DNA of 64,000 bases from Diplonema japonicum (GCA_964019335.1 OZ025701.1:434001-498000); one strand, 5' to 3'; positions 34,074-45,481 are shown, counted from the stretch's first letter. Notes: generated by a model from the letters alone, not told the origin. Numbers and translations: made by a program.

Positions 34074-35417
34074 CTAGAAGCCGCTATCCGGGATGCCCTC
34101 TTCAACGTACACAGACTTCACTTGTGAGTAGCTATGTATGGCTTGGGCGGAGTTCTCCTTGCCGTACCCTGACTGCTTGAAGGCACCGAAGGGCAGCTCC
34201 ACGGGGCATATGTTGTAACTATTGATGAACGTGACCCCTGCTTCGAGGTCTTTTGCTACTCTGTGCGCTTTTCTGATATCCGTGGAGCACACGCCGCCTG
34301 CGAGGCCATAAGGGGTGTTGTTCGCACGCTGCACGGCTTCTTCCTCTGTCTTGAAGGTGTGCAGCGTCAGCACGGGGCCGAAGATCTCCGTGGTGGCGAC
34401 AGTCGTCTCGTCCGACTTAGAAAGAATGACGGTGGGCTTCACGAAGAGCCCCTCCCCCACACCCCCTGTGAGGACCTGGCATTGTGGGTCATCCATCGCA
34501 GTTTTGATCAGCGTTGCGACCTTCGTACGGTGCGCCTTGCTGACGAGGGGGCCCATCTGCGTTGCGTCGTCGAAGGGGTCGCCCACCACGATGCCCTCCA
34601 CACGCGGCAGCAGTGCTTCTAAGTACTCCTCCAGAAACCCTTCCTCCACAAAAACACGCGTCCCATTGCTGCATGCCTGCCCCGAATTGCAGAAGTTCGC
34701 AAGCATGGTAGCCTCGACTGCCGTCGTGAGGCCAGCGTCCTTGAAGATCACTAACGGGGACTTGCCCCCGAGCTCCATCGTCGTCGGCTTCAGCATCTCG
34801 CCGCACATAGCAGCCACCTTCCTGCCTGTCTCGACAGAGCCCGTGAATGAGATCTTTGCAATCCCTGGGTGTCGGCAGAGTGCAGCACCCGCCTCGTGGT
34901 CGCCTTGGACTGTTTGGAAAACACCTTCTGGGATGCCAGCTTGGCATATGATCTCTTGGAGGAGCAATGTTGTGGAAGGTGTGAGTTCTGAGGGTTTCAA
35001 GACCATCGTGTTGCCGCAGGCGAGGGCGGGGGCTGCCTTCCAGGAGGAGAGCATGAGGGGGTAGTTCCAGGCGCTGATGCCGCCGCAGACCCCGAGGGGC
35101 TCGCGTCGCGTGTACCCAAAGGAGTGCTGGCCTGTGCCTGCGTGGGGTAGGTCCATGAAAGTGCCTTGCAGGGCAGTCTGCGCTAGACAGCCGAAGTACT
35201 CGAAGCAGTCCGCAGCTGCTGTGATGTGCCCAGCACGTATCTCACTAATGGCCACATTGGTGTCGCGGCATTCCAATTGTGCCAACTCTTCGCTTCGGCT
35301 TCGTATCAGCCTGCTGACCTCAAGCAGTTTCTTTCCTCTTTCTATACCACTCACACCCCTCCACAGTTCGTACCCCCTGCGGGCCACTTCCACTGCTTCG
35401 TTCACCGTCTTGTGCAT
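34074..35417 (-). CDS. Aldehyde dehydrogenase, ALDH9/betaine aldehyde dehydrogenase-like
   Basis: YTRREPLGVCGGISAWNYP, ELGGKSP, GQACSNGTR (catalytic Cys) and EIFGPV motifs. The start is uncertain because the N-terminus looks short. Confidence 0.88.
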   Translation of the reverse strand: MHKTVNEAVEVARRGYELWRGVSGIERGKKLLEVSRLIRSRSEELAQLECRDTNVAISEIRAGHITAAADCFEYFGCLAQTALQGTFMDLPHAGTGQHSFGYTRREPLGVCGGISAWNYPLMLSSWKAAPALACGNTMVLKPSELTPSTTLLLQEIICQAGIPEGVFQTVQGDHEAGAALCRHPGIAKISFTGSVETGRKVAAMCGEMLKPTTMELGGKSPLVIFKDAGLTTAVEATMLANFCNSGQACSNGTRVFVEEGFLEEYLEALLPRVEGIVVGDPFDDATQMGPLVSKAHRTKVATLIKTAMDDPQCQVLTGGVGEGLFVKPTVILSKSDETTVATTEIFGPVLTLHTFKTEEEAVQRANNTPYGLAGGVCSTDIRKAHRVAKDLEAGVTFINSYNICPVELPFGAFKQSGYGKENSAQAIHSYSQVKSVYVEEGIPDSGF

Positions 35418-35892
35418 GTTAAGTTGTTACAACTGCTCGTAGTGGTGCTGAACGAGCATGTACAGGAAAAGATTCTTTTTAAATTTCTTGTTTTTTTTTT
35501 TAAAGAATAAGGGCAGGGGCGGGAGGGGGCGTTGCGATGCCGGGACTGAATAATAAAAAAAGTAACTATCGTTTAAAAAGGAAAAAAAAAAAAGAAATCT
35601 GGAAATAAAAAACCAAACAACACCCCCCCCCCCCCCCCCTTCTCCCATAAATAAATACCCCTCCCCACCACCACCACCTTTTGCACTGTTCTCTCGCTCT
35701 TTTTTTTCTTCTTCTTTTTTTAGATTCCGCCCTCCACAAAATTACGAATTAAGACGCGGGGGAGTGTATTTTTCATGAGAAACCCCAAAATATGAGACAA
35801 ATAGAAGGAGGGGGGAATATAATAAAAATTTAAAAAAAAAGAAAAGAAAAAGAAAAGAAAACAAAAGAACCCAAGTGTAATCACATCCCCAG

Positions 35893-36846
35893 TTAGAAGT
35901 TTGGGTCTTCTTCGTCCTCTGCGTAGACGAGCTCATGGTTCTGCAGCTGCTCTCTGAGCTTTGCAAGATCCTCGTTCTTCTTGGCGATCATTTTCTTCAA
36001 GTTGATGAACTGTGGGGAGTCGCTTAATTTCTGGATCAAGGCCTTCTTGGCTTCCTCATGCTCCACTTTTAGTTTCGTAATTTGCTGTTTGAGCTCCGCC
36101 ACCTTTTTTTAATATTTTTTTTTTCTTTTTTATAATTGGTACCTCCGCGGGGTTGGGGCAGTCGTGCTTCTCCTTCAGCTCATTCACCTCCCCCTTAGTA
36201 GCCATCAACTCCTGACCGATCTGTGCCTTTGCAATCATCATCTCTTGGAACTGTGCTGTAATTCGCTCGATTTTCTGCTGCTGGCGGGCGTTTTCTCTTT
36301 CTGTTTTTTTCTTTTTTCTTTTTTTTTTTCTTTCCCTCCATACCAACGGTTTTTATTTCCTCATTAACTTTTGCGTCATCTGCAGTTACCGACTCAAGGG
36401 ACTGCAGCTTATTCGCTGGTTTTAGCAAGGAATCCTTCTGAAGAAAGGCTGGCGTGCTGTTCTGGATGGCTCCATGAACCTGTTATTTGTAAAAAGAAAA
36501 AGAAGAAAAGCAATACCCTAGGCGGGTCCATAGAGATTCCCTTTGCGTGTGCACATGCAAATAGTTGGGCACAGAACTCTGCTTGAAGGTGTGTCTGGCA
36601 CCGAAGGTCTTTCTGAATCGTTCCCTGAAGTGCTGTGAAGAAGGAGGAGAGGAGCGTCTCGACCTCCTGCTTCGAATGGACCCCCTCCTTGATCATTGTG
36701 CTGACGTACTTGTTGTAATCATATTCCAGCTCCTTCATAGTGCCCGTTCTCTTGTCTTTATAGGCTCCCAAGACCATTTCTACTTTTTGTTGTGACCCTT
36801 CGCTCAGGCCACCGATCCTCTTCGCCACCATTTCTTCCACAGACAT
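35893..36846 (-). CDS. LZTFL1: LZTFL1/BBS17-like coiled-coil ciliary trafficking regulator, 277 aa, introns 36480-36516, 36301-36343, 36103-36142
   Basis: N-terminal GLSEGSQQKV...QLFACAH and C-terminal QFINLKKMIAKKNEDLAKLREQL resemble LZTFL1. Three introns restore the frame. Confidence 0.75.
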
Positions 36847-36917
36847 TTCTTCCTTTCTTTTTTTTTTATTGTCCTTCCCCGCCTCCCTCCCCCTTTATTT
36901 ATTATTTTTTTTTTAAA

Positions 36918-37429
36918 CCACTAAACCCACATGTCATATATATATATATATGACATTAAAAAGAAGGGGGGGAAAAAATCTATAGACCTTTTGGTTCAAA
37001 GGGCGACCTTTCATTCTTTTTTGGAATCATTGCGCGATTTCTTTTCATTTTGTTTGGCTAAATGCTGTCTTTTTCCGGCATTAAGGGTCTAAAATACAGG
37101 GAAAAGTGACAATGAGGAATACTCGACTCTACCTGAAGGGGGGCATCACCGTGATCTTCAGGAGCCCGAAAGGCCGGACGCCAGAGAGGTGTGAAACGCA
37201 AGCTAAATCTGGGCTACAATAGTGTTTTTATGCATTTTTAGTATTTATTTTACCAAACAGTATTGGGTCAAAAAAATCAGAAGGTCAAAAGCCAGCTCAG
37301 GGCCTGAATGTCTCCAGAGGTCATTTCTCCATAAAAAGAACACTTTGTATGGAAATGCTGCCAATTTTTTTTTTTTGAATTTCTTTTTAGGAAATTGACT
37401 TTTTCGGTTATTGGCTGTGGGCTTAATGG
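36918..37429. mobile_element. Probable piggyBac-type MITE (~512 bp)
   Basis: Imperfect 14-bp TIRs (CCACTAAACCCACA versus CCATTAAGCCCACA, 12/14). TTAA on the right flank and TTAA plus one A on the left. Subterminal palindrome ATGTCA(TA)7TGACAT. Confidence 0.55.
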
Positions 37430-39157
37430 TTAAAATGAAAATAATGGGAGGAATTTAAAGGGGAAAGGGGGGGGGAGAAAAGCGGGGGGAGGGGGTATCA
37501 AACAAAGTAGCTACGCCTTCCACCTTTATCACGGTAATGAAGGAGAGAAAAAAAAATGGGGAGGGGGGGGGGTAAAAGGGGAAACTTGAGTAAGGAAAGC
37601 ACTGGTGTGGGGTAATTGCCCCTCATTTTCTTTTTTTTTCCCCCCCTTTCCCTATACTATTAACGGGGGAATTTTTTTTTTCCCCCTCTTCTCGGCGCTT
37701 GTTAATTTTTTGTGCATTGATGCAACAAAAAAAAAAAGGAGCTCAAAGTTCAATAACCTGGTGCCAGGTGCCAGGCCGCGCTGAAGAAAGGGGCTGAGGG
37801 AGAGGGGAAGCAAAAGGATAATACGAAAAAAAAAAAGAAAAAGAAAAAAAAAAGCAAAAAAAAGAAAAGTGCTATCATGTTGTGCTTACAGTAAGTTAAA
37901 AATTTCCGTGCACTCTTTAGACCTGATTTTTTTTTTTTAATGACAACAAAGCCTGAGGAAGGGCTTCATGAATTCATTTTGAGACAAAAAGAAAAACGCG
38001 AATCAAATTGAGAAGAAGTAGAATTAATCACCCCTTTGGTTTTTTGTTTTTGTTTTTTTTTTAACTCGCCGAGGGGGGGGTAAAAAAAAGAAGAAAAAGA
38101 AAAGGAGAAAAGAAAAAGAAAAAGAAATGACCGTAAGCATTAGGATGGGGTTGAGGGGGGGGGGGGGGGGGAGAAGGAAAAGACGAAAGGGGAGTGGGTG
38201 TTTTTACGAAATGGTGCATTCTTTTTTATTTCTCTTTTTTTCCCCCTCCCCCTGGAAAAAAAAAATAGGATGTGCCTTTGTGGCTGCTAATTCCCTTTTT
38301 TTATTTCATAGTTCCTGCCTTGAGCCTGAACCTTTTCTTTTTTTTTACTTTTTTTTTCCCTTCTTGTAGTAGCACGAAGAATCTTTTACCAGGGGAAGAA
38401 CCTTTACGTAGCTTGCAAGTGAAAAAAATCAGGCCTCTTGTGATTCGCACTTTTTTTTTTTTTTTTTTTTTTTTTTGTAAACACTTTTTTTTTCCCTACA
38501 AAATAGCGGGGGTGAAAAGAGAGGGGTAGTCTTTTTTTTTTTTTTTCCCTCGTTTTTTTCTTGTTCTTTTTTCATTTTTTTTTTCAAAACTTTGCTTAAT
38601 TTTAGTTTTTAGAAAAGGAACAGAATACAATTCTTCTTTTTTTTTTTTCCTATTTCTCCCCGGTCCACCAGATCGGTACCAACAGGTCTTTGTGACCCAC
38701 TAGACCGCGAAGCGTCAACAAGGGGAAAATAAAATAGAAAAAAAAAGGGGATAGAGGGAGGTGGGCAAGACTTTTTTTTTTGAAACGAGAAGAGATCATC
38801 AAGGAGCGAAGAAACAAAGGTATAAAAAAAAAAAATAATAATATATATATAAAAAAAAAAAGCGATACTTTTTGTTTCCCCCTTTTTTTTTCCTTCTTTT
38901 TTTTTTCCCCTCCCTTTCTCTCCCCACCCTCTTCTGGATCCCTTCCTCCTGTTTCGTTTTTTTTTTTTTTTTTAAGTGTAGAAAAAAGAGAGAAAAAAAA
39001 AAAAAAACACATCTCCAGCGAAAGACACACATAAGCACTTAAATCGCTCATTATTTATAAAATAATAATAATAAACCTCCCCCCACCCCCCGAAGTTAGT
39101 ACCCGTCAAAGATTTTCTCTCCCTCTCTCTCTCCTCCTCCCACTTTTTCTTTGTCTT

Positions 39158-39232
39158 CTAATCGCACTTTGTAGGAGGTATGCCGTTGTTCTCAATGCGA
39201 GGAGGGGGGTGTGCCTCATTCCATTCTTTCAC

Positions 39233-39266
<34 letters not shown>

Positions 39267-39916
39267 TGTACACCATACCTTAGGGTGATTGTGGACAAGG
39301 CTGACCCGTTTCAAAACATTTTTGTATGGGGTGCAGCATTCCTTAGGAATACCATCAAGCACACCACTATTATTTTATTTTTTTTTTATTTTTTTTTTAT
39401 TTTTTTTTTATTTTTTTTTTTTTACTAATAATACCTACTCCACCAATTAACCCGAGCATACAGCTGAAGGTCTGCAATATCCAGGTCGGTGGTTGACTTG
39501 TCAGAAAGACGGTTCTCAATAAGCATCATTATCGAAACGAATGACGTCGCCAGCCATTTGGCGCGCTCAGCTATCTTCTGATCCCCTGCAGGCATATGGA
39601 TAGTTCTGCCTATCTGCCAGGTAAGGTCCCCTAGCAAATAAATGATTTCATCATTCTGGAAGGCTACGAGCGGGTCCGACGGGGTAAGCCCTGCCAGAGC
39701 ACCGGCATATCGCAGAATTGCGAGACTCTGTGTGTACATTTTCCCGTCAACCTCCAGGACCGGGACCTGCCCCAGCGGCATCTCAGCCTTGCACCCCGGC
39801 CAGTCTTGGAACGTGATCCTCCTGTCTGTGAATTCAATTCCCGAAATGTGAAACGCCAGCCTCACCGGCTCACCCCCTCCCGCCAGATCAAAATAATGAA
39901 GCGTGATCTGCGGCAT
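39158..39916 (-). CDS. Glutathione S-transferase, sigma-like, 214 aa, introns 39367-39434 and 39233-39278
   Basis: LHYFDLAGGGEPVRL, PLGQVPVLEVDG and QSLAILRY motifs. Spliced C-terminus SGVLDGIP...HPKVKEWN. Confidence 0.9.
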
Positions 39917-40513
39917 TTGGTTTTTTTTCTTTTTTTTTTTTCCACCCCCTTTGTTCTTCTTGGTACCAAAAAATATATTTTTAATTTGGAAAAAAAAAAA
40001 AAAGAAAAAAAAAAAAAAAAAAGGTGAGTGGGAGGAGAAAGAACATTTTTTTTTTTGCTTATCCCTTGCTTACGTTTCAAGGGGAAAGGAGGGGGTAAGT
40101 GTGGGAGTGTAGAAGTAACAAGATTTCCTTTTTTTTTCTCCTTTATTCCCGAAAGGAACCGAGAGTGGGGGGGGGGGAACTAAGGGGGGTTGACTCTAAG
40201 ATTGAGACACCTTGGCTGGCTTCAGGGTCTTTAATGTTGTACACAGGCATAAGGAGTAGTAGGGGGAGGAGAAGAAAAAGTCTTTTTTTTTTCAAGGTTA
40301 GCTGGACTTTCTTCTTTTTTTTTCCTTGTTTTTTTCTTTTTTTTTTTTTCCGCCCTATTTCCTCCGCCGTTACCTCTCTTTTTCCTTTTCCCCTTTTTCT
40401 TTTTTTTCCAAAAAACACGCCAGGTCATCCACGCATTGTCACTCACGAATTATCTTTTTTCCTGGTCCCCCCACTCTCGCCCTCATATTGCACAACAAAA
40501 AAAAAGTGAAATC

Positions 40514-42031
40514 CTATTTCTTGAGCAAGTGCGTCAATAAAGCGTCCCTTCTTTCCCGCAGCACCAAGTCTATTTCCACTGTGTAGGGTTCCGGCTTCTC
40601 AAGACGGGTGTGGTTATCCTTAAGCCGGGCAAGAGTAGCAAGTGTGGTCTTCTGAATGTCTTGAACCGTGCGTGGCGCGTTTACCCGAGAGGTGCCGTCC
40701 CACTGCAGAGGGAGGAGCTCATAGGACGTCAAGCCGTCTGTGCCCTCAGCCGGAAGGCTGTTCTCGTCATCGTGGATCTGTATTTTTTATATTTTTTCTT
40801 TTTTTTTTCTTTTTCATTCAAAATTACGCACCAAATCTTTTTCAAAAGCACCGTCCTTGTTCAGATACCTCCTCACCTTCAGCGCCCCGGGGATGGACGC
40901 CTTTGAGGGGCAGGACACGGCAGCCTTCATGACATACCGCCGTCCCTTGCCTTCATCGACAGATGCGAGCTATTAAAATGTTTACTTTTTATTTTTGTAT
41001 TTATTGCAACATACCTTATACACGCACCCAAGGGCAGGCTGGTCGTAGCAGGTTGCCAGCCGTGTGCCGACACCCCACACGTCGATCCTGGCACCGCGTG
41101 AGATGAGGTCTTGGATTTTGTACTCATCAAGGTCGTCAGAGGCTATGATCTTGACGTCCTGCAGACCTGCCTTGTCGAAGAGGTCACGTGCCTGTGCAGA
41201 GAGTACGGCAAGGTCTCCGCTGTCAAGGCGGATCCCACCCAGACGGTGCCCCTTGGCGGCAAGCTTCAGCCCCACCTCAACGGCCTTCTGCAGTCCCCTC
41301 TGTGTGTCGTAGGTGTCAACCAGGAGGACGGTGGAGTCGGGGAACACATCGGCGTAAGCCTCAAAAGCGTCCTCTTCCTCTTCAAAGGACATGACCCATG
41401 AATGGGAGTGCGTGCCCTTTACAGGGATCCCGAACAGCTTGCCTGCCAACACATTCGAGGTAGCTCTGCAGCCGCCGATGTATGCAGCACGTGACATGGA
41501 AACGCCCCCGTCAGGCCCCTGCGCCCTCCGTAGGCCGAAGTCCAGCAGTTCCCCTGACGTTGTTGCCAGCGACACTCTCGCTGCCTTTGTCGCTACTAAT
41601 GACTGGAACCCTATGATGGTTAGGAGCGGTGTTTCCAACAGCTGGCACTGCAGCAACGGGCCCTCCAGCCTTACCAGCGGCTCGTTTGGGAACACCGCAT
41701 CACCTTCCTTCACACCGTACACCTTCACGTCTAGCTTCAGCCCCGCAAGGTAGTCCACGTAGCCTGCGTCGAATAGTCGCTTCCCGCCTTCCTCCAGCTC
41801 TTTGAGGTACTTCACGTCACTCTCGCTGAGTCCCCAGTTCTCCAGGTACTCCAGTGCCGTCTCCAGCCCTGCGTTGATGGTGTAGCATCCCTTGAAGGGG
41901 TTCTTTCTGAAGTAGAGCTGGAACACACTCGGTTGGTTGTGCTTCCCCTGCTTCCAATACCCCTGCCCCATGGTGATCTGGTACTGGTCCGTCAGCAGGC
42001 TGAGCGATGTGTTTTTGTAAAGCGCCTCCAT
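40514..42031 (-). CDS. NAPRT: Nicotinate phosphoribosyltransferase, 472 aa, introns 40970-41014 and 40778-40831
   Basis: LLTDQYQITM, DFGLRRAQG, GTHSHSW, LVDTYD, IRLDSGDL and GVGT motifs. Both introns keep the frame. Confidence 0.92.
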
Positions 42032-42237
42032 CGTGTGCTGTGCCTGATGTGTGGTGGGGTGGGGAAACGGGGGATGTACAAAAGGATGGTTAACCTTAGG
42101 GGGAAAAAAGAAAAAAAAGAGGGGGTAATCAATATCTTGTCCAGATTCACAGAAGAGAAAAAAAAAGAAGAAATCCAAGTTAAGGAAACAAAAAAAGCAA
42201 AACAAAAACAAAAAAAACGCACATTAGATGAAGATAA

Positions 42238-42879
42238 CTATTTAAGCACCTTGGTGCCGTAGGTAGCCCTGTCGACTATGAGGGTGATGGCCATGCGCTT
42301 CTTGTCAGCTTCCCACTTGGCAGTGCCCCTGTTGGTGTAGACCTTTTTCGAAAGTGGGAGGAGAAGGCGGTAGTTGGGTGATCTGAGGTCAATCTGCTCG
42401 GGCTGCACATCAAGGTTGATTTCAGCAGCCGAAGTCTCCTTCGGCATCTCCACACGGATAAGCATCTCCTCGCACGAGGCACTGGAGGGGTCCTTCTCGT
42501 AGTCAAGGCCTAGGTACACATCGTTAGTGCCCACCGTCTGTTTGTGGAGGACTTCGTACTCGGGTCTGAGGCGTGACTCGTAGGCGGCCACAGAGCACTC
42601 ATCGACCTCATCGTCGTCCCAGATCTCATTCTTGATTTCGATCTTCTTTTTCTTCTTCTGCTTTGAAAAGCTCGCCCCGTCCATGGGACCGGCCTGTGGA
42701 CCCACGCCCCCCGGAGTCACCATGGACCCCGTTGGCCCTGGTGCAGGGTCCATCCCTGTTGTCGATCCTGAGTAGCCCGTCACCCTCCCTGCCCCTGCCC
42801 CCGCCTCCCACTCCCTGTTCTTGGCATTCTCCGGGTCGCAGATGTCCACCAGCGCACTTAGTTCCCCTTGGTGGAGCAT
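42238..42879 (-). CDS. DNAAF6: Dynein axonemal assembly factor 6 (PIH1D3/Twister)
   Basis: EIWDDDEV...RPEYEVLHKQTVGTNDVYLGL...KDPSSASCEE followed by a CS-like domain. Confidence 0.85.
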   Translation of the reverse strand: MLHQGELSALVDICDPENAKNREWEAGAGAGRVTGYSGSTTGMDPAPGPTGSMVTPGGVGPQAGPMDGASFSKQKKKKKIEIKNEIWDDDEVDECSVAAYESRLRPEYEVLHKQTVGTNDVYLGLDYEKDPSSASCEEMLIRVEMPKETSAAEINLDVQPEQIDLRSPNYRLLLPLSKKVYTNRGTAKWEADKKRMAITLIVDRATYGTKVLK

Positions 42880-42935
42880 GTTGGTGTGGTGACCTGTGTG
42901 AGGTACGGTTCTTTCATCTGCTTGTTCGCTTGTAA

Positions 42936-43853
42936 CTACCAAACACGGTGCTCCGCTAGGACGGACGGCACCCTCGCAGCGACGGCACAAGCACGCACGC
43001 GGTCCTCGCCCTCTAGCTCACGGATAACAGACTCCATCAGTGTGGACAGGTCCTGCACGAAGGCCTCCACTGAAGGGTAGGTGTCGACACGGAGCCGGGA
43101 GGAGAAGGAAGAGAGGCCCGAAGAGCCTGAGTACATGTTGCTGCTGTCTATGGCGATGAGTGCAGCGACGGCTGCCAGGCATGCTTGGAGCTTGGGTTGT
43201 GGGATGGAAGACGGTTGCATGCGGAAAGGGGAAATCCAGGGCAACCTGCTGGGCAGCTTGCTTAGCATAACTGCTGCGTCAGGCATTCCTCGGAGGATGC
43301 CCGAGTACAGAACGTAGCGCAGATCCATCTCGATGTCCTCGTCGGTGACATAAACGGAGGCGATGACCTTCGAGCGCACTGTGTCCAAGTGCAGGTAACT
43401 AAAAGCGGCACCCACCGGGGGCAGCTTAGGAGTGCAGAAGGCACCCTCAGTGTCCTCCAGCAGCAGCCTCTCGACAATGTCCAGCCAGGTGTTCTTGAAG
43501 CAGCCAGTGCGGGAGACAGGACTGGCGGTAGGTGCAGCGAGGGTTTCCATCCACACAGGGGGCGTCCCTCCCTCGGCTTGCACAATGCCCCGCAGAGAGA
43601 GCAGCCCCCTCACATATCGCTCGTCCCTAGTCTCTGTGTACCGTTGGAACATCTTGTCAGCAGCAGAGTGGTATCCCTCACACTCCGATGACAGGCACAC
43701 ACCCACCACCTTGTCCAGCACAGCCAAGACACGCCCTACCAACTCTTCGTTTCCTTCTTCCTCATCCTCCCTCACAGCCTTTCGCACCCTGCCCTCACTA
43801 CCCCATCCCATCCAATCTTCTCTACGCTGCTTGCTCCATACTAGTGATGCCAT
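42936..43853 (-). CDS. Protein with two degenerate bromodomain-like repeats
   Basis: DTEGAFCTP...LHLDTVRSKV...YVTDEDIEMDLRYVLYSG and LSSFSSRLRVDTYPSVEAFVQDLSTLMES. Confidence 0.6.
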   Translation of the reverse strand: MASLVWSKQRREDWMGWGSEGRVRKAVREDEEEGNEELVGRVLAVLDKVVGVCLSSECEGYHSAADKMFQRYTETRDERYVRGLLSLRGIVQAEGGTPPVWMETLAAPTASPVSRTGCFKNTWLDIVERLLLEDTEGAFCTPKLPPVGAAFSYLHLDTVRSKVIASVYVTDEDIEMDLRYVLYSGILRGMPDAAVMLSKLPSRLPWISPFRMQPSSIPQPKLQACLAAVAALIAIDSSNMYSGSSGLSSFSSRLRVDTYPSVEAFVQDLSTLMESVIRELEGEDRVRACAVAARVPSVLAEHRVW

Positions 43854-44236
43854 GTGTTCCTTGGTGTAACTGCGCTGCGGCGTTACACTTTAGAAAGTTG
43901 CTATTTTTTTTTTCTTTCTCTTGTGAAAAAGAAGAGGTAAGAAATACCGGGGGGAAGTCTGCGGTCGATGAAAGTAGAGAGGGGGAGTAGAGAGGGGTTT
44001 TTTAAAAAGCTTCGCTGTGTCAGCAAAGAATATGAAGGAAAAAAAAAGATTTTCTTTTTTTTCTAATGTTCTTTTCACATTCTTTTTTGTGACATTCAAA
44101 AAGAAAACACGCTTTCAGTTGGTCGGGCTGCGAACTGAAGAAAACAAAAACAAAATTACGAAGTGAAGTCATCACGAATCTTTTATAAAAAAAGAAACAC
44201 ACAACATTACAGTACGTTGCCAAGACTACGAACATA

Positions 44237-44281
44237 GCTCATTGAGCTCATTGGGCTCATTGAGCTCATTGAGCTCATTGG
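44237..44281. repeat. 9-bp tandem repeat (GCTCATTGR)x5
   Basis: Five units read directly, in the 3' UTR of the cathepsin-like gene. Confidence 0.9.
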
Positions 44282-44290
44282 CGTAACTAA

Positions 44291-45481
44291 CTAACTTGCT
44301 TCATCATGACAATAATTCATGAAGTAATTGCCGCTTGTGCCTGCGGTGCAAACCCCCACAGGCATGTGGGTGGGGTAGGGCGTCCCAGAGCAGCCTGTGG
44401 AGCCGTACTCATTCATCGTGACTGTTGTCTTGTTACAGCTGTTTGCCATTAGAGACCCACCGGAGGGGAGGTCCTGGCACACAAGTAGTGGCACTGTATG
44501 CTTCAAACAATTATCACTACAGTCCGCACTGATGCACGTCTTCTGCACGAAGTACCCATTCCCTGTGGGGGCAGGAGTCTCCCCTGCCGGGGTCGGCCCC
44601 ACCCCCCTGACGGATGCAGTGCTCGCATATGCCGCCATGCCGCACTGGTTGGTCCCCACCTGCAGGCGGAGGTACCCCTTCTCGCCCCAGTCGGTTCCCC
44701 ATGAGTTCTTTGCAATCCAGTACTCATCCGTGTACCCCACCAGGAGCACTGCATGGTTCAAGGACCTGCCTGTGCAGTTGGTCAGCACCCCTCCTGTGTA
44801 GTCCTTCCAGCCGCTGGCGTCCACCCAAACAGACACAGGGCCATGGTTGTAGACTCGATTGGCGATAGCCGACTCTAGCTGCACGATGCGCTCGAAGGAA
44901 GTGACAGTGGCGTGCTCCGTGTTGTGGGGTGTGTAGCACGTGTGGCTGTGCCCGTCGGCAGAGGTGTACGGGTAGGCCTGCTCCGTGAAGAGGGTCCCGT
45001 TGTGTGCAAGGAGCCACTCGTAGGCCGTGTTGGTGAAGCCGCCTGCGCAGCCCGCGTCGTGTGTATCGCACGAAACAAGTTCCTGTTCAGAGAGGGACAC
45101 AAGGGGGTGGCCTGCAAGGTACCACTGCGCCTCTACGCTGCCCACAGCAGCGAACGCCCATGATGCGACACACCGCCCCTGCGACTTGACAGGTGTCACA
45201 GCACCTGCTGTGCGCCAGTCGATTGCTGGTGGCATCACGACACGCTCGGCACGGCTCTCCACAGGCCGCACGCCTGCCCCCAGATGCTTCCGGAACTCCT
45301 CGTCGCTCATGTCGCTGAACATGTTGAGCACACCGTTCTGCACGTTCCTTGCGAACAGCCTCCGCCGTGCCCCTTCCTCAGCAGGGCTGTACACCTTCCC
45401 GTGTGCTGCTTTGTAGCTGCGCCACAGCACGGCATCATCAGCACGGTAGGCAAAGACCGCCAGGAGGAAGAAGACTGCCAT
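44291..45481 (-). CDS. Papain-family (cathepsin L/cruzipain-like) protein with I29 prodomain and C-terminal extension; catalytic Cys replaced by Ser
   Basis: IDWR, QGRCVASWAF, SLSEQELVSCD, NHAVLLVGY, WIAKNSWG, a Pro/Thr hinge and a Cys-rich C-terminal domain. Confidence 0.9.
   Translation of the reverse strand: MAVFFLLAVFAYRADDAVLWRSYKAAHGKVYSPAEEGARRRLFARNVQNGVLNMFSDMSDEEFRKHLGAGVRPVESRAERVVMPPAIDWRTAGAVTPVKSQGRCVASWAFAAVGSVEAQWYLAGHPLVSLSEQELVSCDTHDAGCAGGFTNTAYEWLLAHNGTLFTEQAYPYTSADGHSHTCYTPHNTEHATVTSFERIVQLESAIANRVYNHGPVSVWVDASGWKDYTGGVLTNCTGRSLNHAVLLVGYTDEYWIAKNSWGTDWGEKGYLRLQVGTNQCGMAAYASTASVRGVGPTPAGETPAPTGNGYFVQKTCISADCSDNCLKHTVPLLVCQDLPSGGSLMANSCNKTTVTMNEYGSTGCSGTPYPTHMPVGVCTAGTSGNYFMNYCHDEAS

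Noticed and set aside
11995-35064. Long plus-strand ORFs antisense to real genes (e.g. 17460-18299, 34315-35064)
   Set aside because: These are shadow frames of GC-rich minus-strand coding sequence with no independent motifs.
28969-42031. NAD-salvage cluster of nucleoside hydrolase and NAPRT
   Set aside because: They are more than 10 kb apart with unrelated genes between, and there is no evidence of functional clustering.
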